A DNA stretch of 64,000 bases from NCBI GenBank assembly GCA_964016885.1, contig OZ024745.1:79360001-79424000 (forward strand), given 5' to 3'. Shown piece by piece: positions 26,823 through 36,710 of the stretch. Position numbers and translations under genes: made by a program. The first letter of the stretch is position 1, and each line of letters starts with the position of its first letter. The stretch is from Eledone cirrhosa (lineage: Eukaryota). Under the pieces are notes generated by a model that was given only the letters and a program-made list of their open reading frames with translations, was not told the origin of the DNA and ran no database searches.

Positions 26823-27421
26823 TGTAACGACGTGGTTAGTCAGTCTGGTTACTACTTCTGATCAGATCCGAGAATAGCCCTTAAAAGGATTGTTATCGCA
26901 TACGGTCTGATTGGATCTGAGGGTAGCCCTTAAAAGGACTGTTGTCTCATACGGTAAGGATGAACAGACGAAAGCACAAGTTGAAAGGACGAACAAGGCG
27001 AGAGATGTAGTTTCTGTCAGCTATTTATTTTCATACATGAAGCGACGATACAGAGGTACAAGGTATGTGTGAGTGACAAGCGTGGCAGAGGAGAGGAACA
27101 ACGATACACTAGTTGACCTTTGGCAGAGTCAGCTCGCGTATCGTTGTTCCTCTCCTCTGCCACGCTTGTCACTCACACACGCCTTGTACCTCTGTATCGT
27201 CGCTTCATGTATGAAAATAAATAGCTGACAGAAACTACATCTCTCGCCTTGTTCGTCCTTTCAACTTGTGCTTTCGTCTGTTCATCCTTACCGTATGAGA
27301 CAACAGTCCTTTTAAGGGCTACCCTCAGATCCGATCACACCGTATGCGATAATACCCTTTTAAGGGCTATTCTCGGATCTGATCAGAAGTAGTGACCAGA
27401 CTGACTAACCACGTCGCTACA
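26823..27421. repeat. Palindromic LTR-like terminus A (599 bp; ~285-bp arms, 30-nt centre)
   Basis: TGTAACGACGTGG...CCACGTCGCTACA; about 9 differences between arms by manual comparison; internal 49-bp tandem duplication; AATAAA on both strands. Confidence 0.95.
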
Positions 27422-27423
27422 AT

Positions 27424-27441
27424 TGGTGACCCCAACGTGAT
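27424..27441 (+). promoter_or_regulatory. Primer-binding site, tRNA-Trp (18 nt)
   Basis: TGGTGACCCCAACGTGAT, 17/18 complementary to the tRNA-Trp 3' end, 2 nt after the ...ACA terminus. Confidence 0.9.
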
Positions 27442-28227
27442 GTTTGACACTATGCTTAATAGGTCCATCCTTAAATACCGGGCGAGTGATGTCTGGGTAT
27501 TTCTGGAGAATGCCGTTGTAACACGAAGGCTCTGACTGGCAAATTACAGGGCTCACTGTGGATTGCGTGGTAAATATACCTCTCACAGTGAGGTTTGTGG
27601 TGGTGTCAATAAGCCTCCTGTTCTTCATGTCCACCAGAAAGTTGAAGTGGTGGAGAAAATCGGCTCCTAAGATAGGGGTCGGCAGGTCTGCCATGACGAA
27701 CACCCATTGAAAACGACGCCTCAGGCCTAAATTGAGGGTCAGTGATTTCTCCCCGAAAGTCGGAATTGACGATTGGTTCACTGCCTGCAGAAAGGACGGT
27801 GTTGGATGTCTTTTGCCCGAGACTAGTGAAACAGGAATAACACTAACCTGGGCTCCTGTATCCACAAGGTAACGGAAGCCTGTCGCTTGGTCGTTGATAA
27901 AAAATAGACTTTTCTTCTCAGTACCAGGGGTGAACGTTGTCGCTAGGCCCTGGGTGGTATTCTGGAAAGAGCACGGGTCTTTGCACTTAGATGCCTGTGC
28001 ACCGAATTCTGTGTGATACCAGCAGAGGTTGCCAGACACGATTTTGACTGGGACTTCTGTATCTTCGACTGAAAAGGCCTGGATCGACTGTTGCTGCGTC
28101 GTCGGTGTGTTTGAAAGGTCAGATTCTCTACTTGATTTGAGAGGGCTTTAATTTGACCAGCCCGCTCTCTGATCATAGCCCACAGCTCTGAAATCTCGAC
28201 CTCTGTCGTTGGTTGTGACATGTCCAT
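27442..28227 (-). pseudogene. Gag C-terminus (CHCC zinc box) + aspartic protease, truncated before RT
   Basis: RRRSNSRSR tract, CWYH-x9-C-x3-C, LVDTGAQVSVIP, ILGADFL; one frameshift near 28040; ends at KHSVKHH. Confidence 0.9.
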
Positions 28228-28253
28228 GTTGGTATCTTCTTAGGCTGCTGTCT

Positions 28254-28285
28254 GGTTGCGTGTTCGAATCACGTCGGGGTCACCA
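28254..28285 (-). promoter_or_regulatory. Extended primer-binding site, tRNA-Trp (32 nt)
   Basis: + strand GGTTGCGTGTTCGAATCACGTCGGGGTCACCA matches the mature tRNA-Trp 3' end including CCA; 2 nt from terminus B. Confidence 0.92.
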
Positions 28286-28287
28286 TT

Positions 28288-28684
28288 TATAACGAAGATT
28301 ACGTGTCGCTGGAGATATTATTAAATTTATCGATTCAGAAGGCAATGACAAAAACGACATAATCCGTTGTAACAAAAATTCCCTTTTATTTGTTGTACAA
28401 ATATGGAATCGAAAATAACAAGAGAAGGTTGATCAAGTCTTCACATCGTGTTGGCTGCATGGACGTCTTGATACTGGTTGTTCAGTGAACTCTCTCTGCC
28501 TGTCAGCCAACTGTGCCTCTGGTCCAAGTAGTCCCGCAACTTGTCTTGATCTTCTCTTGTTATTTTCGATTCCATATTTGTACAACAAATAAAAGGGAAT
28601 TTTTGTTATAACGGATTATGTCGTTTTTGTCATTGCCTTCTGAATCGATAAATTTAATATCTCCAGCACGTAATCTTCGTTATA
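28288..28684. repeat. Palindromic LTR-like terminus B (397 bp; ~140-150-bp arms, ~107-nt centre)
   Basis: TATAACGAAGATTACGTG...CACGTAATCTTCGTTATA; arms differ mainly by three short indels; AATAAA on both strands. Confidence 0.95.
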
Positions 28685-29115
28685 GCATGTAGAACATTGG
28701 TTTCCAAAGTGGGGGTCTACTGACAACTAAGGGATATTGAGATTATTTAATTGATGTTGAGATTATTAATGAAGACCTTCCTAAGGGATTTTTGGGTTTA
28801 TTGTTACACTTATGAAATTTATTATATTATTTTCAATAGAGCAATAGAGTCATGATATAAACACCCTCTGGGTAATGTTATTTAGGGTGAGGGGTCTCAC
28901 AGCAGGTGAAGGGTAAGTTTAGGAGTACCTGATGCAATGGTTTGGACTCTGGTGCTTATATACATTACATGAAAATGGAACCTTCAGTAATGTACCAACA
29001 ACTCAATAGTTTTTGTGACAGACCATCGCAACATTTAGTACTTAGTTTCTTTACTTTATATAGATTCATGAAACTGGGTCAAAAAACATGAGTTAGGTAT
29101 GTTTGTTGGTTAGTT

Positions 29116-30003
29116 TCAGTTCTTTTTATTTTCTAAAGTAGGGTTTTTAATCACAAAGTCGGAACCTTCAATTTTGACCTCTTCATAAAGCCAGGGTCGT
29201 TCACAGCGACATTCTGTACCACATTTTTCTGAGCCACATTTCAGACAAGGGAAGTGACAGCCGGGGCAGTCGATATCGAGACAGTCACACATGTCGATGC
29301 CTGTGGATATTAAACATCCAGACTCATCGTACATTTGCCATTCGTTGAATTTCTTCCGCCTCTTTTTTTTCTTCTTCCTCGCTTTGAAACGCACGGTGGA
29401 TTTCATTGTGGGTTTTAAAGTTGTTGATGTGATTGCCTTAGATGACGTGGTCACAGAATGACCGTTTCTACCACCTAATCTAGTGGTTACCGACAGGGTA
29501 TTCTCGCTTTTTACAGTTTCTTCTGCCTTCGTTACCGAAGTAGCATCAGTATTGATTTTATCAGTGGTTTTCACATCTGAGAAAAAACTTTTATTGTTTA
29601 TCGGAAAAGCTTCTTTTTTCCAATCATTTTTTTCTGTGGGTTTAATATCCTTAGTATCTGTCATTTTGCCCACTTCATCCGTTCTCGTTTCATCATCGTT
29701 ACTCTGTTTTTCTGTCGTTTCATTATTCCCGCCGTCAGCACCTTCTATTATATTGCCGTCTTGTTGTCGATATTGACGCCTTGAAGCCCTCGTTACCGCA
29801 ATTTTTCTTCTGGAGTTATCACCTTTATCGTTACCACTCTCATCACCATCATCATCATCATCATCACCCCCAGAATCACTTTCTAATTCTTCGCCGTCTT
29901 TCCTTTCTGAACTCGTATCTGCCGCCTTCATCGTGTAACTTCCGAACTGTTGTTGTTGCAAGTGTAGAACGTAAGTTGTACCCTTGGAGTACCTTATGTT
30001 CAT
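29116..30003 (-). CDS. ARL14EP: ARL14 effector protein-like (ARF7EP_C domain), single coding exon
   Basis: C-terminal YDESG...DMCDCLDIDCPGCHFPCLKCGSEKCGTECRCERPWLYEEVKIEG matches the ARL14EP Cys-rich domain. Basic NLS-like tract; acceptor-like TTTCTGTACAG just before the ATG. Confidence 0.9.
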   Translation of the reverse strand: MNIRYSKGTTYVLHLQQQQFGSYTMKAADTSSERKDGEELESDSGGDDDDDDGDESGNDKGDNSRRKIAVTRASRRQYRQQDGNIIEGADGGNNETTEKQSNDDETRTDEVGKMTDTKDIKPTEKNDWKKEAFPINNKSFFSDVKTTDKINTDATSVTKAEETVKSENTLSVTTRLGGRNGHSVTTSSKAITSTTLKPTMKSTVRFKARKKKKKRRKKFNEWQMYDESGCLISTGIDMCDCLDIDCPGCHFPCLKCGSEKCGTECRCERPWLYEEVKIEGSDFVIKNPTLENKKN

Positions 30004-31639
30004 TACTGTACAGAAATACTTAATAAATGTTAACCATTACAAATATCTTATTTTTCAACACTGAGAGAAGACTTCCAAACGATGTTTCAAAACATGTGCT
30101 ATTGTATTTATAATATTGTAAATAATCGCTTAATGCGTATTAATTGTAGTCAGTTTTCTTCAATTTTTTTTTAATGCTGTTGTTCCTTAAACTTGATTTG
30201 AGATTGTTTTTCGTTGCATTTGTATATACTGACAATAAAATGAATCGAACTGAATTATAAAATAACTTCAGTGTGCGTAGATGAAAGACGGAAATAATGA
30301 AACAGAAAGTATCAGTTTTAACTTTACAAGTTCAAAGTTTTTCTGAAAACATCGTCAACGGGTGGAACGTGGTAAATTAAAATAACGATTTCATCATCAA
30401 AGAAAAATATATAAACAACTTACAACTATCATTCCATAATGAAATGGTTAAAACGTCTCATTGGGTAGAACGTAGATGTAAATAATATATGTTTATATAT
30501 ATGTATGTGTAAGTATATTCCTCACGGATGCAATATCAAGTCCAATGTTTTCAACCAGGATTTCTTTTTTTTTTTTACTAATGTTTATGTAACTCTCCTC
30601 AGCATGGCGAAATGAGGTAAATTACTCCACACTCCCGTAGTTGTTGCTGTTGTGTAGCTCTTGGCTATCCTTTATTAAAACAGATCCAATGACATGTAGG
30701 TTGGTTAAACGACAAAATGCTGTCTACATCCTGTATAGAGGCTCGTTCGTTGTGTTCTGAGGATGTCGTTGTTTACACACAAGTCAGCCTTGATTGGACT
30801 ACGGACAAATGCCTCAAGTAGTAAAAGATAAATAAAATCTACTTTTAGTTTTTAATAGCTTACATTATGAAAGATAATTTACGCGATAAAGCATCGATAT
30901 TTCAAATTCTGTTTTATTTTTTACTCTACGGGTTTTTTGCCATATGGAGTTTTTGTCATGGACCCGCCCTGATCGAGCAGGCCAATGGTGAAAGGCCGTC
31001 CAGTCGTGACCAACTGTAGTTTTTGTAGTATTTAGGATTGCATGTAATGTATCGTTTCCGTATTTAAGACGACAGAGTGTGGTTTGAAGATTTGGTAGTT
31101 ATTTCTAGTAGGTCGAGTGTGATTGAATATGTAATGACAGGGATTCTGTGGATTAGAGTATACAGCAACACTATACAACATACATTGGTGTTGATGGAGC
31201 GCCCGTGGATGTTCTTCGAATGTTTGTACTTCATTTGATTTTTTTGTGTTTGTTTTTTCCTTCTACGTCTTCTATGTAGGGTGTGAATGTTGTAGGTATT
31301 TTTAATATCGTAGTAGGTCCACTGACTCCACAGGTCTTCATCGGTTGTCTTGTCGCCTGAATACTGGTCGCTTCGCTCACCCTACTGAGTTAAACCTAAT
31401 TATCAAGCGGGCCCTGGCTCGTGTCAATAGCCATCAATTCTGGAGACAGCTATTGACATGGGGAGAGATCAGCTGGCCTTACTCTTTGCCCTATTTCATT
31501 TGGGACGCCACAGTCAATGAAGCTTGCTCCTTGCCACATCCTAGATGGTGCGTTAAAGTCAGAGGGTCACTGGATCCGTAGCAGAATGGAACACAATTTT
31601 AAAATACCAGTAATTATTAGCAAACTATTTTTTCCAGCT

Positions 31640-33790
31640 TGTGGCATTCGAGACGTTTGAACTTAAAGCGAGTGAGCGACCATTGATCCTACTTCTGCTT
31701 ACATGACGTCACTCGTCCTAATTCCAGCAATGCTGTCCAGCCCGATGATTCATTGACTCTTATACTTCTGGTAAGGTCCCCAGCCCCCTAATTGACTTGC
31801 CTCAAAGATCAGCCCATCAGCTCCTCCTTTTATCACCTCCAGTAGTTTCACGTTTAATCAAAACCTCTTTAGGTAGCCTATGACTTCTGTTGTTGACACT
31901 GCGGTCTCGTCCACTAAAATGTCATCAATATAGAAATTGGTGGCCCTTTTCACCTTGTCCACTTTTCCCAGGATGGCCTTGACAATCGTTGCCATGATCC
32001 TCAGTGCTGAATTCTATTCAAACCCCAGCCTCGTCAGACAGTATGTCTGACCCTTATATCTTACTAGCTAATACTTTCATAGTTTTTCAGTCAAGTGTAA
32101 TTGCAGATAAGCCTACTTCATGTCAGATTGTGGAAGCCCCCATCATTTGTCTCCACTTTCACAAGGTTTCCCCACAGACATCTGTAACCTCATCACCCGT
32201 GTGGTATGATACATAGTTGTTTAACTCTCAAAGGTCCAGGACCAGCCTGGCCTTGTTTTTTTGTCGACTGCACCACTGCCATTAGCAGCAACATTCTGCT
32301 CTTTACCTCTCCTTCCAGGGGATTAAAATATCCTCCTGGATCCATCTTTCAACCTCACCCTCAAACTTGCTCCTGGCATCTCCTTTCAGGGTATGCTGAT
32401 AGTAGCTCACCTTATTACTCAATGTTGGGGATTCTCCCTTCCAGTACCACTCAACTGTCCACTGCTGACCATTGAACACAGTTTGAAAATCCTTGTCTTC
32501 AATGGTGTGCAACACTTGTTCCTTCAGGGATCTCCCAATTCTCCTATTGCATATTCATGGTGCATAGTGCCCTTGCACTACCAACTGTTACTCTGTCCTC
32601 TCTAACTGTAACACCTCCTAAATAGTTGATCATATCCATGCCTATCACTGCATCAACTCCATGCACTTCATGATTGATCCCAACTGTGTGCAACCCATAT
32701 CCACGAGAGTTCTTGACAGCCCCCCCCCTCCTGCCACCAGAGCCTCCACTATGGTCAGCGACTGCACGAGTGCTTCTATTTGCTTACAGGAGTATGTACT
32801 GGCATAATAGCCCCCCTTTGACCATTTCCCTGGCAGCAGGTGATGGTAATATGGCCTGCTCACTTACACAGGTAGCAATTGTCTCAACTCCTTGCAGTCC
32901 TTTGCCATGAGTCAACCCTGCCATCTAAAGCACTGATCTGTAAATAATCACAGCTGCTTCGCAGTTCTTCTTTCCTTGTCATTCATCAATCACCACTTAA
33001 CGCTGGCGGCTTCCATACCTGCTACCACCACAGTATTCTGTCTGGCATTTTGTGTTGATACATGACCATGAGTGATTAATCATTGTCTCGCAGTTTTTGT
33101 AGCCATTCATGAACACCAACAGCACTGCCTTTTTCAGGCCTTCCTCTGTAAATCCATAGAGTGGCTAAATTTCTGTCAAATACACTTCCATCTGCTCTCC
33201 CATCCACCTCGCCTTGGAAAATGCAATGTACGATCCTTCTGTGAACAATTCCTTTAGGTGCTCTTGAATCTTCTCCACATCCAATTAGTCTGTTTTGTCC
33301 ATCTCGAAGTACAACACCAACACATTTCCCTCCAAATACAGTACCAGGAGGCTTGCCACATCTTCAATGCCTTGCAACCTGGTCACCATCTTAATATTTG
33401 GAATCCAGGCGATTACATCTGCCTCACCACTTAAGGGTCAGCTGACATTGCTACCAATCCTTAACTTTGCCGACATATTGTTTGTGGGCCAGAATTGAGA
33501 GAGAAGAAAAAAAACCTGGCCGAAACAGCTTTTAAAGGGGTTAAAAACAGCTCACCTACAAACATCTATCCTTAGCTCACACAGCAAAAATATGTCCTCT
33601 GTGACCAACCGTCCAAAAGCGAGTGAGCAACTCTTGGTCTTACTTTTGCTTATGTGACATCATTCGCCCTTCTGCTTCCAATAAAGTCCTCTTACTTCTT
33701 GATGTCATTGGCCCTTATACTTCTGGTAAGGCCTCCAGCCCCACAGTTGGCTTGCCTTAAAAATCATTAGAGGAAGGCTCCAGCATCTCT
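31640..33790 (-). mobile_element. Old degenerate gypsy LTR retrotransposon (gag-pro-RT remnants)
   Basis: Diverged direct repeats AAAGCGAGTGAGC...CTTATACTTCTGGTAAGG at ~31665 and ~33615; LVDMGC protease-like motif, WTVEWYWK...EVERWI, FYIDDILV RT remnant. Confidence 0.7.
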
Positions 33791-34241
33791 TGTGGTGTGT
33801 GATTGAATGTGCTGGTCTTACCCCTTTTTTCTTCTTTCTTTCTAATATGTTCGTTGTCGCATATTTACATTGAGGGGCTCTACAAGTTTCACTGTGTACT
33901 AGAATTAAAAGGGTTGACACGGTTCAATTCCTTCTAATTGCTGTAGTTGTTAATATAGTGTGTCCCATAAACCCATTGTCTCTATGGAGGAACACAAGAA
34001 GATTTCATTTTAATGTAGTATATTTAGGGAAAATCGGCTTATATCCACCGAACCCCATGTAAGGAAGAACTTGTCTGAGATCTATCATTCCAAAGTACTT
34101 ACTTAGTGCTAGGAGGGCCAGCAATAATCATGTCTTGGCACTAGACATTGTAGCTACTCCCATAACAGAATGGATTGATATATGCTGAGAATCCAGCTGA
34201 CTTAGGTAACATGGGTTTGACAACGTGTAAATGGGGTTTCC

Positions 34242-36710
34242 CATCATCATCATCATTTAACGTCCATCTTCCACACTAGCATGGGTTAGATGGGCATTGT
34301 CCAACTTAAGGCAAGATTGGTCAGGTGAACGTATCTCGCTCATATAGGACTATCTGGCACGTTTTCTATGGCTGGATGCCCTTCGTAACACCAACCACAT
34401 TTACAGTGTGGACTGGGAACTTTTTACCGTGTTACCTACACAGCCACATTACAGCGTGGAATGTGTGTTTTTTTGTCGTGACACCTACATGATTTCGATC
34501 TCGATCTCATTTTCTCATTAGTTTGGACTGGATGTTGTGATACCAACATAATTTTACAGAGAAAGGGTGGTGTTGGTGGGAGTGGGAGGATAGAGTAGGG
34601 GTAGTGGATTGGGGTGTATATTTGGTGAATAGGTGCCTACTGATTGTTGGTTTCGCTGTGTACATAGGCAAGGCGGGTCTTCTGTATTACTGCGTGGCGC
34701 CAAAGATCTCGGTCCAGAGACATTGTCTTAGAAAGATGTAAGTATGTTAGGTCGTAATTTATCAAATCGTCCCAGGTTTTTCTTGGTCTACCTACTCCAT
34801 AACTTCCATCAATTTTGATCACCCTGCACTTTTTTATACAGCTGTCATCTTTCATGCGCATCATGTGACCATACCAACATAGTCTTCTCTCAAGTAAACA
34901 GCATCTGATCCCTCTTTATTCCTAATTTCTCAATTAGTTCATTTATGTTTTGCCGTTTGCGTATATTACTATTACACATCCAACGGAGCATGCATGCTTT
35001 GTTCCTTTCCAGCCTGCGCAGGTCCTCTGGACACATGTCTCACTGCCATGTAATATTGCTGATCGAATACAGGCATCATACAATCTGCCTTTCATTTTTA
35101 GCGAGAAACCTTTTGTGGCCAACAACGGTATAAGCTCTCTGAACTTTTTCCATCCCGTTCTGATTCGGGCTACTGTACTTTCAGAGCACCCTCCACCACT
35201 GCTGATTTTGTCACCCAGGTAACGGAAAGTGTCCACTATTTCTATAGAACCATCTGGGCAATAGAAAGAGCTAGCATCCTGTGGGCACTTGCTACTTATT
35301 GCACCTGAGCATTGGCCACATATAAAATCTACATTCTTAGATAGCTTACCTGTGATCCTACTACATCTTTTATGTACCCATAGTTTGCATTTGGGACATA
35401 AAATGAAATTTCTACCTACTCCTTTCCTACACACTGAACATGGCCATTTCCCAGAGTGACCTGTGCCCTATTTTCTTTTCTACATACTAAAACTTTAGTC
35501 TTAGATAAGTTAACTTTAAGACCTTTTGATTCTAGGCCAGGCTTCCATGTTTGGAATTTCTTCTCTAGTTCAACCACACTATGAGCGTTAGATCATCTGC
35601 ATATAGAAGTTCCCATGGGCAGCCAGTCTTAAACTCCTCTGTTATAGCCTGAAGTGCAATAATGAATAGGAGGGGGCTAAGGACAGAGCCTTGATGAACA
35701 CCAACTTTTATGCTAAATTCTTAACTATATTCATTGTTAATTTTAACCTTGCTGACTGTTTCTTTATACATGGTTTGTATAGCTCTCACAAGCCATTCAT
35801 CTACACCTAGTTTTCTAAGAGCCCACCAAATAATGGAGTGGGGGACTCTGTCAAAGGCTTTCTCCAAGTCAACAAAAGCCAAGTAGAGGGGTTTACTTTT
35901 AGCTAGATACTTCTTCTGTAGTTGTCGTACAAGGAAAAGAGCGCCTGTGGTACTTTTACCTGACACAAACCCAAACTGCATTTCATCTAGATCAATTCGA
36001 TCTCTGATTAGTTGCGCTATAACTTTTTCTGTGACATTCATGACCTGGACAACTAACTTAATGCCTCTATAGTTTTCCCTATCTAGAGCATCTCTTTACC
36101 CTTGTAACAGTTAATGATGATGCTGCTACGCCAGTCATTTGGTATATTTCCATTCTGTATTACTTGGTTTACTATACGGGTGACCATGGTATGTCCCACC
36201 ATTCCAGATGCTTTCAACATCTCAGCAACTATCTCCGAAGGCCCACCTGCCTTGCCTGTCTTCATATCTTTGATTGCCTTACTTATACAACCACTAACTT
36301 GCACCACTGGTCCCTCTATTGAATTGATGTTGGGCAGACTATCTTTTTCCCATTTATTCTCCTCATTTAGTAGTCTCTCATTGTGACACTTCCAAGCTAC
36401 CTTCTTATCAGTATCAGTGAGGGCAAGTACACCATCATCATTATGGACACACTTCTCCCTGACAATATCACGGTTTTCCTTGACACATTGTCTTGCAATC
36501 CTGAACACCTCATGTTGCTGGTCCTAGCGTTGTAGAACATGCTTGAACTTTCTATCCTCTGCTACCCTTCTTGCAAGGTACACTTGTCTCCTAGCTTCTC
36601 TCCTGGTCATTTGATAGTGTTCTCTACTTCCCCCATCTCATCATGCTTTCCAAGCCTGCTTTTTGGCCTTGATTGACTCCTCCACCTTACTGTTCCACCA
36701 CCAAGTTACT
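34242..36710 (-). mobile_element. 5'-truncated RTE-type LINE (longest copy), frameshifted
   Basis: KAGGPSEIVAEMLKA, QFGF, FVDLEKAFDRV, YADD, Cys-rich insert, GSET, GRPRKTW; (CAT)n tail. Confidence 0.92.

Larger units (their letters stand above)
26823..28684 (-). mobile_element. CsRn1/Kabuki-clade gypsy-derived composite element with two different palindromic LTR-like ends and two inward tRNA-Trp PBSs
   Basis: TSD GCAT (26819-26822, 28685-28688); palindromes at 26823-27421 and 28288-28684; PBSs at 27424-27441 (+) and 28254-28285 (-); CHCC gag finger and DTGA protease. Confidence 0.88.

Noticed and set aside
26823-27421. Foldback/MITE DNA transposon or assembly-generated palindrome
   Set aside because: TG..CA ends with a PBS 2 nt away and no TSD of its own; the arms carry scattered differences, unlike a read-fold artefact. 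Long-read confirmation is still desirable.
28254-28285. tRNA-Trp gene
   Set aside because: Only the 3' 32 nt are present and they include the post-transcriptional CCA; the position beside an LTR-like end marks it as a PBS.
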